From an uncultured Lachnospiraceae bacterium (GTDB lineage Bacteria; Bacillota; Clostridia; Lachnospirales; Lachnospiraceae), in assembly GCA_944382505.1 (NCBI GenBank), contig CALWNA010000146.1:1-40536 (forward strand): a DNA stretch of 40,536 nucleotides. The letters are read 5' to 3'. The notes below the pieces were generated by a model. The model saw nothing but the letters and a program-made list of their open reading frames with translations. It did not search any database and was not told where the DNA came from. This document shows positions 1-9,572 of this stretch, piece by piece. The translations under genes were made by a program, and so were the position numbers. Each line of letters begins with the position of its first letter. Position 1 is the first letter of the stretch.

Positions 1-2792
1 TAATCATGTTCTCTCTCTTTCAAAACAATATCTAAAACTTTTTTACAAGATTCGCCATTGCAGTATTTTGCCATTTCATCACAGAAACTTCGCAGTTTTG
101 GTGAATTATCATACTCGTAGTCGCGAATGTTGGCAATTGCATTCACCAGATCGTCGCTGTTTTTGAGAATTGGACCGGGAAGTGTTTCCATTCCAACATA
201 GAGACCTCTTGTCTCGTTAATATATTCATCTAAATCATAGGCGTAGAAAAGCATAGGTTTTTTGGCGCTGGCAAAATCATAAAATACACTGGAGTAATCC
301 GTAATCAAAATATCTGTAATGCACAGTAATTCCATGACATCCTCTTCATTGCTGGCATTCATCAGAAAATCTTTGTAACGGTCATCAATCACAAGATTGT
401 CAGAGATTAAATGATGCAGTTTAACCATAATAACATATTCATCACTGAAATTTTTGTAAAGCTGTTCCAGATCAAATGGAAGTCTGAAATCATAACCTCT
501 TACATAATCGCCCTGTGAATCACGCCAGGTCGGGGCGTATAAAATGACTTTTTTATCGGCAATCGCCGGATATTGACGCAGAAGTCTATCTCGAGCAGCA
601 GTCTTAAGCTCTTCATTATAAAAAATATCATTAATCGGATAGCCTTCTTTAATGACTTGTTTTTTAAAGCGGAACGCATTCACAAGTTTTTCTTCGCCGT
701 AATCGTTATCTACTAACAGATAATCCCAGTTCTGACTTTCTTTATATAAATTACCGAAAGACTGCTTTTCCGGACCTTCGCATTCAATATCAAACCCCAG
801 TTTTTTCAGTGGAGTTCCATGCCAGGTCTGCAGATAAACCGTACAATCTCTCTTTTGCTTTACAGGGTATAGGATGTTATTTACCCAGTATTTTGCCTTT
901 GCCAGGTAATAGAAATACTCGGAACTGCCGCGCTTTGTAACAATTGGGTTTCCCGGAATTTTATGTGTTTCCGTATCCGGGTAAGCCCAGACAAATTTAA
1001 AGTTTGCGTATTCCGGAGTTCTAATCATATATTCATATAGGTACTTAGGATTCCCGGTATAGTTTTTCCCAAGATTTGCCTCAAAGAAAATGAGGTTTTC
1101 ATCTACGTCTTCATTTCTCAAAGTTTCAAAATATTTCTCACGCCCAATCTGGAAATTAACGCTTTTTATAAACTCATCTTCCGATGTGTGCCATACATTG
1201 AGATTATATAAATTGGTGCCGATATAGAAAGCGGAAACCAGACCTTCCGAACAAGGATAGTTATATAAATGTCTGGCCTCTGTTGTGTATTTGTCTCTTT
1301 TCTTAGATAAGAAACCACATTCCCGATATCCACCGGTATATTCAATTCCGATTCGGAAATTCAGTCGGGCATTATAATAAACATAACTGTTCAGTTTGTC
1401 CATATCAATAAGAATAGTATCATCAATGATTCTGGCAGGTTCCGGTAAAGTGTGCTCATAAAAGCAGTAGGTCTTTTTGGCATAATTATCCGTGAGATAA
1501 ATTGTGTAGCTCTTTACTTTAGAGAGTAAAGAGAAAATTTTTAATGAAAGTTTTACGTTTCCGTTTTCGTCCTCCGAAACAGAACAGTCTGTGGAAAAGG
1601 TATGATTTTCCAAATCAAAGTCAAATTTTTCTTCATATGTGAAATGATTCTTTTCATTTTCAATAATTAAAGTATGTTTGTCAAGGAAACTGAGCTGATT
1701 ACCATGTGCGGTATGCAAAATATAATTTTCCACATCTCTGGTCTTTGCCTGTACGATTTTTAACCAGTTTTTTTCCAAGGCTTTACCTTTTTCGTTTTTA
1801 ATTACAAACTCCAGAACATATCGGTCAATCAGATTAATTTCTCTGTTGAGTAAACCGTCAATATCATCGATTATAATTTGTTTCTGAACAGGAATTTCCC
1901 GCAAAAGTTCAAGTTCATTGGTTGTAAGACTTCTCAGATAAAGGGAAAAACTTTTGCACTTTTCGTAATTGTTTTTAAATTTAATTTCAATGTGATTTTC
2001 TCTTGCTTCATAGGACACGGAATCAATATAGATATATTTGGCTTTGAGATCCGGGATTTTATTGTCCAGTCCTCTGACAGGACAAGAGAAAGAATCTTCT
2101 GTTTTCTTTAAATATAATCTGGAAAAATCATTTCTTATGGCAATGGAGCTGTCAAGAAAAGGTTTTGGTACTGCCACAAGTTTTTTGTCTCCTGAAATAA
2201 ACAAGAATTGTATTTCACTGGTATTGTTTAATATCTCATTAATATCTTTAATGATTGCTGTATTATTATTAATAGGAACGCGGAACAACAAATTATATTT
2301 TTTGTCAACAACAAAAAGATCTAGAGCGTTCTGCGAAAAATCCGGTGTGTTGTGTAAATCTATGTCAATATACAAATCATCATCTTTTTTGGAAAACTGC
2401 AATAAAATATAACCTTTGCTGAAAACAGAGTACACGGAATCCCCGATTTTAATAAATTCATCCTTTAAGACGGTATTTAATTCTTCGGCGGTAAAAGTGA
2501 CACTGTCATCAGAAACGGTTATTTGTAATTCATATTCATTATTTTGAAGTGCTTTTATGATATCCGTTGTGATTGGAAGCTTTACCGATCCTTTTTTTAA
2601 CGGATATTTATTGGCACCGATTTTCAGGATATAATTCGAATCAGATTTTGCATCTGTTTTCCATATAATATTATCGTTCTTTATATATACCCGGCATGCA
2701 GGTTTCAGAGATTCCCTTTTTTTTTCATACGTATTCCCCTTATAAAATAATTCATAAGCAGGTTTGAAAATTTTTTTAATTTGATTTTTCAT
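1..2792 (-). CDS. Large TagF-family CDP-glycerol glycerophosphotransferase (~930 aa) with a ~560-aa uncharacterised N-terminal region; stop codon cut by the window edge
   Basis: Not in the ORF track. Manual translation: ATG at 2792-2790 with AGGAGA RBS (tctcct 2799-2804). MKNQIKKIFKPAYE... stays open through the N-terminal region and is in frame with DENLIFFEANLGKNYTGNPKYLYEYM, YLQTWHGTPLKKLGFD, VKLHHL and the end NGESCKKVLDIVLKEREHD, followed by TA at bases 2-1 (probable TAA/TAG). Confidence 0.9.
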   Translation of the reverse strand, partial: MKNQIKKIFKPAYELFYKGNTYEKKRESLKPACRVYIKNDNIIWKTDAKSDSNYILKIGANKYPLKKGSVKLPITTDIIKALQNNEYELQITVSDDSVTFTAEELNTVLKDEFIKIGDSVYSVFSKGYILLQFSKKDDDLYIDIDLHNTPDFSQNALDLFVVDKKYNLLFRVPINNNTAIIKDINEILNNTSEIQFLFISGDKKLVAVPKPFLDSSIAIRNDFSRLYLKKTEDSFSCPVRGLDNKIPDLKAKYIYIDSVSYEARENHIEIKFKNNYEKCKSFSLYLRSLTTNELELLREIPVQKQIIIDDIDGLLNREINLIDRYVLEFVIKNEKGKALEKNWLKIVQAKTRDVENYILHTAHGNQLSFLDKHTLIIENEKNHFTYEEKFDFDLENHTFSTDCSVSEDENGNVKLSLKIFSLLSKVKSYTIYLTDNYAKKTYCFYEHTLPEPARIIDDTILIDMDKLNSYVYYNARLNFRIGIEYTGGYRECGFLSKKRDKYTTEARHLYNYPCSEGLVSAFYIGTNLYNLNVWHTSEDEFIKSVNFQIGREKYFETLRNEDVDENLIFFEANLGKNYTGNPKYLYEYMIRTPEYANFKFVWAYPDTETHKIPGNPIVTKRGSSEYFYYLAKAKYWVNNILYPVKQKRDCTVYLQTWHGTPLKKLGFDIECEGPEKQSFGNLYKESQNWDYLLVDNDYGEEKLVNAFRFKKQVIKEGYPINDIFYNEELKTAARDRLLRQYPAIADKKVILYAPTWRDSQGDYVRGYDFRLPFDLEQLYKNFSDEYVIMVKLHHLISDNLVIDDRYKDFLMNASNEEDVMELLCITDILITDYSSVFYDFASAKKPMLFYAYDLDEYINETRGLYVGMETLPGPILKNSDDLVNAIANIRDYEYDNSPKLRSFCDEMAKYCNGESCKKVLDIVLKEREHD

Positions 2793-2918
2793 AACTTGTC
2801 TCCTAACGCTCCAAACAGAAGCGCTGATACTTTTGCTTGGAGAATAGACTCAAAATGAAAAGTTTTTTTCAATATTGAGCCGTTAAAATAATAAAGTATA
2901 CTTTACAAATTAATGATT

Positions 2919-2947
2919 AGTATAACAAAAAAACTTGGATTTAACAA
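2919..2947 (-). promoter_or_regulatory. Putative sigma-A promoter for the 930-aa TagF gene
   Basis: Minus strand TTGTTA-17 bp-TATACT with a TG extended -10. Confidence 0.5.
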
Positions 2948-3052
2948 TACTTTACAAATACGCGGCTGCGTTTCGCCAAAGTATGTTAAATTGTAATAAT
3001 GATTTTATCAGAAGAATGTGATAAAATAGCAAATGTCATAAGGAGGATAGTA

Positions 3053-4153
3053 ATGAAGTGTTATGATTATCTGATTGTGGGCGCAGGCCTTTTTGGTGCA
3101 GTTTTTGCGCATGAAGCCACAAAGGCAGGAAAAAAGTGTTTGGTGATTGATAAAAGAAACCACATCGCAGGAAATATTTACAGCGAAAATATTGAGGGAA
3201 TTAACGTTCACAAATATGGAGCCCATATTTTTCACACGAGCAATCAAAATATATGGAATTATGTAAACCAATTTGCGGAGTTTAACAATTATATTAATTC
3301 ACCGGTTGCGATATATAAAGATGAACTTTATAATTTGCCCTTTAACATGAATACATTCAGCAAAATGTGGAACATTAAAAAGCCGCAGGAGGCACAGGAA
3401 ATCATTGCAAAACAGAAATCCGGTCTTAATATCGAGGAACCGCAAAATCTTGAAGAGCAGGCGCTTTCTCTTGTGGGGACAGATATTTATCAGAAGCTGA
3501 TTAAAGGGTACACGGAAAAACAGTGGGGAAGAGACTGTACAGAACTTCCGGCATTTATTATTCAGCGGCTTCCTTTGCGATTTACCTATGATAACAATTA
3601 TTTTAATGACAGATATCAGGGAATCCCCATAGGTGGATATACAGCCATTGTGGAAAAGATGTTGGATGGTAGCGAAGTATTGTTAGATACGGATTATTTC
3701 GAATGGATTAAGAAACATAAGGATATTGCTGATAGGACTGTTTATACCGGGATGATTGATGCGTATTTTGGTTATAAACTGGGACATCTGGAATATCGAA
3801 GTGTCAGATTTGAGACAGAAATCCTGAATGAGGAAAATTATCAGGGAAATGCGGTTGTAAACTATACAGATAGAGATGTCCCGTACACAAGAATTATTGA
3901 ACATAAACATTTTGAATTCGGAAATCAATCAAAGACAGTTATTTCAAGAGAATATTCTTCCGAATGGAAGCCGGGAATCGAGCCATATTATCCGATTAAT
4001 GATGAGAAGAATAGTAAATTGTATAATGCGTATAAAAAGTTGGCGGACGCTGAAGACAGAGTGATTTTCGGCGGAAGACTTGGAAACTATAAATATTATG
4101 ATATGGACAAAGTGATTGAAGCGGCCTTAGAGTGCGCAGGCAAAGAGCTATAA
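3053..4153 (+). CDS. glf: UDP-galactopyranose mutase
   Basis: GAGLFG FAD motif, HKYGAHIFHT, YTEKQWG, EPYYP, GRLGNYKYYDMD. AGGAGG RBS places the start at ATG 3053 rather than 2999. Confidence 0.96.
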   Translation: MKCYDYLIVGAGLFGAVFAHEATKAGKKCLVIDKRNHIAGNIYSENIEGINVHKYGAHIFHTSNQNIWNYVNQFAEFNNYINSPVAIYKDELYNLPFNMNTFSKMWNIKKPQEAQEIIAKQKSGLNIEEPQNLEEQALSLVGTDIYQKLIKGYTEKQWGRDCTELPAFIIQRLPLRFTYDNNYFNDRYQGIPIGGYTAIVEKMLDGSEVLLDTDYFEWIKKHKDIADRTVYTGMIDAYFGYKLGHLEYRSVRFETEILNEENYQGNAVVNYTDRDVPYTRIIEHKHFEFGNQSKTVISREYSSEWKPGIEPYYPINDEKNSKLYNAYKKLADAEDRVIFGGRLGNYKYYDMDKVIEAALECAGKEL

Positions 4154-4198
4154 GGATAGCAGACACCGAAGAAAAAGAAAGAGAGGAGAACCCCGGAT

Positions 4199-4834
4199 AT
4201 GATGGGAGCGGGCTATCATGAAGAAATTGCGACAGTCAAAAGAAATATTCCGTATATTACAGTGATTCTTATTATTATCAATACGATAGTATTTTTCATT
4301 ATGGAATGGATAGGAGATACCCAGGATTCTGTTTTCCTTCTTGAACATGGTGCCATGTATGTGCCAAGTGTTCTGGAGGACGGTGAATGGTACAGAGTCA
4401 TAACGCATATGTTTATTCATTCCGGATATGAGCACCTTATTAATAATATGATCATGCTTGCAGCAGTTGGTTATTATATTGAAAAAGATTACGGAAGTTT
4501 GAAATTTATGATTACCTATTTTATAGGAGGGCTGGGCGCTACCATTGCATCGGCATTGCCGGAAATTATGGATAAAGACTATATTATCAGTATCGGTGCT
4601 TCGGGAGCAATTATGGCAATGTTTGCGGTAATGCTTATCATGATTTTCAAGGAGAGAAAAAATCTCGGACAAAATATAGGAATCCGACTATTGGTACTGT
4701 TGGCTTTGATGGTGTTCGGCAATATGCAGGAGGGCGTTGACTGGATGGCACACTTGGGCGGTGCCGTGACAGGACTGATTGTGGCAGCAATATGGTACAG
4801 ACCTAAAAATAAAAGTATATCAATAGAATTTTAA
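4199..4834 (+). CDS. Rhomboid-family intramembrane serine protease
   Basis: EWYR, HMFIH...HLINNM, catalytic GASG and AHLGG motifs, multiple hydrophobic segments. Confidence 0.93.
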   Translation: MMGAGYHEEIATVKRNIPYITVILIIINTIVFFIMEWIGDTQDSVFLLEHGAMYVPSVLEDGEWYRVITHMFIHSGYEHLINNMIMLAAVGYYIEKDYGSLKFMITYFIGGLGATIASALPEIMDKDYIISIGASGAIMAMFAVMLIMIFKERKNLGQNIGIRLLVLLALMVFGNMQEGVDWMAHLGGAVTGLIVAAIWYRPKNKSISIEF

Positions 4835-4846
4835 CAGGAGGAAAAA

Positions 4847-5260
4847 ATGGATAATTGTATTTTTTGTAAGATTGCACAGGGAGATATCCCTTCCATAACG
4901 CTTTATGAAGATGATGACGTCAAGGTTATATTTGATGCCGGACCGGCGACAAAAGGACATGCATTAGTAATTCCGAAAATGCATTATGCAAATGTGTTTG
5001 AAATTCCGGAAGAACTTTTGGCAAAAGCGCATATTGTGGCAAAGAAAATTGCAAAAGCGCTGAAGGACGCCACAGGCTGCGAGGGCGTCAATATTCTTCA
5101 AAATAACGGAGAAATGGCAGGACAGTCCGTTTTTCATCTGCACATTCATGTAATTCCGCGATATAAAGGTGATACAGCAAATATTCAATGGACGCCGGGA
5201 CAACAGGACAAGGAGTATTTAGAAGAATTGGCGGCAAAAGTTTTGGAAGCAATGAAATAA
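4847..5260 (+). CDS. HIT (histidine triad) family nucleotide hydrolase
   Basis: CIFCKI N-terminus, GHALVIPK, GQSVFHLHIHVIPR. Confidence 0.95.
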   Translation: MDNCIFCKIAQGDIPSITLYEDDDVKVIFDAGPATKGHALVIPKMHYANVFEIPEELLAKAHIVAKKIAKALKDATGCEGVNILQNNGEMAGQSVFHLHIHVIPRYKGDTANIQWTPGQQDKEYLEELAAKVLEAMK

Positions 5261-5294
5261 ACTATAAAAATAAGGCGGTACAACGCCCTAAATA

Positions 5295-5349
5295 AAAAAC
5301 AGGCATTTATTCAAAAAAGAAATGAACCGTGAAATAAATGCCTGTTTTT
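5295..5349. terminator. Bidirectional intrinsic terminator between convergent HIT and murG genes
   Basis: Perfect 17-bp inverted repeat AAAAACAGGCATTTATT (5295-5311) / AATAAATGCCTGTTTTT (5333-5349), 21-nt loop. Confidence 0.75.
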
Positions 5350-5390
5350 ATTTATGTATTTTAAAAAAGTGAATCGTTTTGTATAAAAAT

Positions 5391-6452
5391 TTACTTTGCA
5401 AGTTCTTTAATTAACTCCACAATCTTTTCTACCCCACCGGTTCCGGAGGATTTCTCCATGGCGTGTATGTAATCCGCCCGGTTGTCGTATACCTCGTTTA
5501 CGGTATGAATTAAATCTTCAGAGGTTGCCACATCTTCATCCAGGACTTTGCTAAATCCCTGTTTTTCATAGGATTTGGCATTTAATATCTGGTCGCCGCG
5601 GCTTGCTTTTGCGGATAATGGAATTAAAATGTTCGGTTTCTTTAAGGCCGAAATCTCACAAATGGAATTGGCACCGGCTCTGGAAATAATCAGGTCTGCC
5701 ATGGCAAAAAAATCTTTCATTTCATCCCGGATGTATTCAAATTGCGCATAACCTTTGGTTCCAACAAGACTTTTGTCCAGCTTGCCGTTTCCGCATAAAT
5801 GTGCCACCTGAAATTTTTTGAGCAGTTCCGGTAAAGCGCTGCGGACCAGTTTATTGACGTTTTCGGCACCCAGACTTCCGCCTGTCACCATGATAACAGG
5901 CTTATTGGCAGTAAAACCGCACATATTAAGAGCGGTAATTTTGTTTCCCTCGAAGAGTTCCCGACGAATTGGGGAGCCTGTGTGAACCGCCTTGGAACCA
6001 AGATATTGCGCCGTCTCGGGGAAGTTATGACAAACCTTTGTGGCTTTTTTTATTGCAAGTTTGTTGGCGAGACCCGGCGTCATGTCTGACTCATGTATGA
6101 TAACGGGAACCTTATATTTGTGGGCTGCAAAAACTACGGGAACTGTAACAAATCCCCCTTTTGAAAACACAACATCCGGCTGATATGTCCTGATAATTTT
6201 TTTTGCTTCAAAATATCCTTTAATGACGCGAAATGGATCAGAAAAGTTTTTCCAGCTAAAGTAACGCCGCAATTTCCCGGAGGAGATTCCGCAGTACGGA
6301 AGTCCGGCATCTTCCGCCAGTTCTTTTTCCATTCCGTTGTATGATCCAATGTATTGAATATCAAAGCCGGATTCCCTGAGTTTGGGAATCAGAGCAATAT
6401 TTGGTGTAACATGACCTGCGGTTCCTCCGCCGGTTAAAATAATTTTTTTCAT
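5391..6452 (-). CDS. murG: Lipid II N-acetylglucosaminyltransferase MurG
   Basis: TGGGTAGHV, KGGFV, HESD..PGLANK, GGSLGA, ISRAGA, DQILNA motifs. Confidence 0.96.
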   Translation of the reverse strand: MKKIILTGGGTAGHVTPNIALIPKLRESGFDIQYIGSYNGMEKELAEDAGLPYCGISSGKLRRYFSWKNFSDPFRVIKGYFEAKKIIRTYQPDVVFSKGGFVTVPVVFAAHKYKVPVIIHESDMTPGLANKLAIKKATKVCHNFPETAQYLGSKAVHTGSPIRRELFEGNKITALNMCGFTANKPVIMVTGGSLGAENVNKLVRSALPELLKKFQVAHLCGNGKLDKSLVGTKGYAQFEYIRDEMKDFFAMADLIISRAGANSICEISALKKPNILIPLSAKASRGDQILNAKSYEKQGFSKVLDEDVATSEDLIHTVNEVYDNRADYIHAMEKSSGTGGVEKIVELIKELAK

Positions 6453-6472
6453 AATAAAATATTCTCCTGAAA

Positions 6473-7855
6473 TTAATGACCCTGTTCTTCATTGTATGTG
6501 TCAATCTGCTGTTTTATTGCATCAGCGGACTCTCCATCCAGTACCATATTAATCAGATTTGTGGCACGATTATTGGAATCTTCATCCTGCAGTACAACGG
6601 AAAGGCTTGTCCCTGTATAAGTGCATATCTGACGGGAAGACTGACCTTCCACACCGAAGGACATAATATTCCATCCGTTATAATCGGAATCCATGGAAAT
6701 CTGTGTCTGTAGAGACACCATGGAAGAAATATCCATATCCGTGGAAAAACTGTTCTGAATTGCATCGATTATGCTTGTATAGTGCAGCAGCGTTGTTCCG
6801 GATAACAGCTTATCGGAGATTGCATTTAAAACTTTAACCTGATTCTGATTGCGCTGCATGTCTCCTGCGGCAAAGGAATGGCGTTCCCGGGCAAAGGTAA
6901 GCGCGGTATCACCGTCCATTTTCATTTCGCCTTCCGTATAAGTATATGTCTTACGTTCTCCGGTGTCCTCGTCTCCGTAAGAAGCATATGTGGTGGTACT
7001 GAAAGGAACGTCAACATCCACGGTAATTCCTCCAAGGGCATCAATTAATTCTGCAAATCCCGTGAAATTTAATTTCACATAATGATAGCTGTCCTCAGGA
7101 ATATCAAAATCGTAAATATACTGTAATGTATCCATTAAAGCCTCGCATCCCGGATGCCAGTTGACTTCATAAGCCCATCTCCAATCGCTGGCAGTGACAT
7201 CTTCACCGGAGCTGTTGTAGGCTGTTCCGTTACCGTAAAGTCCCACATGAGTCAGCTTGTCGTAGGATTCGGGAGCAACCCCCTCTGCCTGAACAGGCAC
7301 ATAATAATCCCTCGGTGTTGAAATCATTAAAATTGTATAAGTTTTCGGATTAATGACTGCCAGAATATTTGTGTCAGATCTTCCGATTGTTTCGTCGTCA
7401 AATTCACCAAAGGTATCATTTGCGGAAACAAAGACCACAAATGGATCGGTGGAGACTCTCTTGCCTGACATTCTCGCTAAAGGAGCAATCAGATATGTCA
7501 GGACGAGAAGAATAATAATTACAATTACGGATATGACTTTTCCCACGCGTTTTACGGTGAGAGAGCCTTTCTGCGTAGATAGTACGACAGCAAGCAATAT
7601 AATAAGAACAATGATTATGCCGGTCAATATCGGAACAGAAATAAACGCAAAGTTTTTATACAAAACCAATCCTACAAAAACAACAGAAACAGCAAGCTGA
7701 ATCAGGGCAAGAATAACGCCGATAATTGCGCTGTGTCTCAGTTTTGAGGAGCTGTTTTTCGTTGATTTTTTTCCACTTGATATATTTCTGGATTCGGAAC
7801 TGTAACCGTAATAGCCGGTTTTTGAACTCGAATCCGAGAACTGTTTCTTACTCAT
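6473..7855 (-). CDS. LCP (LytR-CpsA-Psr) family glycopolymer-peptidoglycan ligase, three N-terminal TM segments
   Basis: GRSDT, STPRD, KLTH, NFTGF..LIDALGGI, ALTFARER, GDMQRNQNQ; Ser/Lys-rich cytoplasmic N-terminus followed by hydrophobic helices. Confidence 0.92.
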   Translation of the reverse strand: MSKKQFSDSSSKTGYYGYSSESRNISSGKKSTKNSSSKLRHSAIIGVILALIQLAVSVVFVGLVLYKNFAFISVPILTGIIIVLIILLAVVLSTQKGSLTVKRVGKVISVIVIIILLVLTYLIAPLARMSGKRVSTDPFVVFVSANDTFGEFDDETIGRSDTNILAVINPKTYTILMISTPRDYYVPVQAEGVAPESYDKLTHVGLYGNGTAYNSSGEDVTASDWRWAYEVNWHPGCEALMDTLQYIYDFDIPEDSYHYVKLNFTGFAELIDALGGITVDVDVPFSTTTYASYGDEDTGERKTYTYTEGEMKMDGDTALTFARERHSFAAGDMQRNQNQVKVLNAISDKLLSGTTLLHYTSIIDAIQNSFSTDMDISSMVSLQTQISMDSDYNGWNIMSFGVEGQSSRQICTYTGTSLSVVLQDEDSNNRATNLINMVLDGESADAIKQQIDTYNEEQGH

Positions 7856-8061
7856 AAGTACCTCCTGTAAGAAATTAATTTTAATTACTAAAAATTAATT
7901 TGGTGTTCATAATAAAAAGTGTCAGTAAAGACACATGTAGTAAAATAATTGTGTGCTAATTATACTACATAATTTAGAAAAAACAAATAGCCGCAGATGT
8001 CAAACAGGTAAAAGTCACATAAAATACACAATTGTAACTCATTGCAGGAAATTACCATTAA

Positions 8062-8090
8062 TTGACAAATAATAGTGGCTTTGGTAAAAT
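8062..8090 (+). promoter_or_regulatory. Sigma-A promoter of the 8170-16117 operon
   Basis: TTGACA-17 bp-TAAAAT with a TG extended -10. Confidence 0.75.
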
Positions 8091-8169
8091 TATTTGTATC
8101 TATATTATAGGCTGAAATCATTTTATCTATGAGAGTCGGCAGGACGGATTATTTAGTTTAGGAGAAAAG

Positions 8170-9561
8170 ATGAGACAATCAAGAGCGTTTAGGAGAATAA
8201 TTGTTTTGGTACTGCTTGCGCTGGTGATAGCAGCACAGACAATGATTTTCTGGTATTTCTGGGATGCCTATTACAGTCAGGGGATGGCAAGGGAATTTTT
8301 CTTCAGAGGTCATATAGTCCTATTATTTGTATACGCATTGCTGTTTACCATATTCTGCAACGTGTATGGTGCATTTAAGCTGGGAAATCTGCAATATTCA
8401 AACATTGTATTTTCGCAGATACTTGCTCTGTTTTTTACGAATTTAATTATGTATTTTCAGATATCAATGCTATCCCTGAAAATGGTCAATCCGGCGCCAA
8501 TTATCGGCATGAGCTTTGATAATGTTCTGTGCTGTCTGATTTGGTGCGGACTGGCAATCGGCATATATAAATGGTTATATCCGCCAAGAAATTTGTTATT
8601 GATTTACAGTGACAGAGACCCGGACAATTTAGTAAATAAAATAAAAAATCGCCAGGATAAATATATTATTAAGGATTCTATACACTGTGATGATGATCCG
8701 GACAAGTTAAAATATGCCATCAGACATCATCAGGCAGTATTGCTGTGTGATATCCCCAGTGCAAAGAGGAATCAGATTATTAAGTATTGTTACATGCATG
8801 ATAAAAGGGCTTATATTACGCCAAAGCTTTCCGATTTAATTATAATCGGAGCAAATCAGAATAATCTGTTTGATTCTCCTCTTCTTGTCACAAAAGTAAG
8901 AGGGTTAAAATGGGAACAGGCAGTGATTAAGAGACTATTGGATATCGTAGTTTCTCTTATTCTCTGTATTCCGGCGGTCATTGTGACAATTATCGTTGCC
9001 ATTGGAAATCTTATATGGGACAGGGGTCCTATATTTTATACACAGCCGAGACTGACACAAAACGGAAAAGTATTTAAAATATTAAAGTTTCGCAGTATGA
9101 AAGTTGATTCGGAAAAAGATGGAGCCAGGCTGGCAACAAAGGATGATGAAAGAATCACAAAAGTTGGAAAAGTTTTAAGGGCAACCCATCTGGACGAGCT
9201 TCCGCAGGTCTTTAATATTTTAATCGGACAGATGTCTGTGGTGGGACCGAGACCGGAAAGACCGGAAATCGCAAAAGAATATGAAGAGGACATGCCTGAA
9301 TTTCGGTTCCGACTGAAAGTAAAAGCAGGACTTACAGGATATGCTCAGGTATATGGAAAATATAATACAACTCCTTACGATAAGCTGAAACTTGATTTAT
9401 ATTACATCCAGCATTATAGAGTGTGGACAGATATTCAGCTGATATTGATGACCTTTAAAATTATGTTTTTGAAAGAAAACACAGAGGGTGTGGATAAGAA
9501 TCAGAAAACAGCAAAAATTGAGAAAAAAGTAAATACGTTGCAGCAAACGGATGGAAAGTAA
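8170..9561 (+). CDS. Priming undecaprenyl-phosphate sugar-1-phosphate transferase (WcaJ/WbaP/CpsE type)
   Basis: N-terminal TM helices; C-terminal Bac_transf motifs KRLLDI, FKILKFRSM, LDELPQ, VGPRPE, GLTGYAQV, DLYYI. Confidence 0.93.
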   Translation: MRQSRAFRRIIVLVLLALVIAAQTMIFWYFWDAYYSQGMAREFFFRGHIVLLFVYALLFTIFCNVYGAFKLGNLQYSNIVFSQILALFFTNLIMYFQISMLSLKMVNPAPIIGMSFDNVLCCLIWCGLAIGIYKWLYPPRNLLLIYSDRDPDNLVNKIKNRQDKYIIKDSIHCDDDPDKLKYAIRHHQAVLLCDIPSAKRNQIIKYCYMHDKRAYITPKLSDLIIIGANQNNLFDSPLLVTKVRGLKWEQAVIKRLLDIVVSLILCIPAVIVTIIVAIGNLIWDRGPIFYTQPRLTQNGKVFKILKFRSMKVDSEKDGARLATKDDERITKVGKVLRATHLDELPQVFNILIGQMSVVGPRPERPEIAKEYEEDMPEFRFRLKVKAGLTGYAQVYGKYNTTPYDKLKLDLYYIQHYRVWTDIQLILMTFKIMFLKENTEGVDKNQKTAKIEKKVNTLQQTDGK

Positions 9562-9572
9562 GGGTGAAATAA

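Noticed and set aside
1878-2412. Plus-strand ORFs 1878-2111 and 2038-2412 in the track
   Set aside because: They are antisense shadows of the 930-aa minus-strand TagF gene. The many other short ORFs overlapping recognised genes were rejected for the same reason.
2717-2725. A9 tract near the 5' end of the large TagF gene as a phase-variation site
   Set aside because: The frame is intact, an equal T9 run occurs in mutS2 (40146-40154), and such runs are expected in AT-rich DNA. Read-level length variation would be needed.
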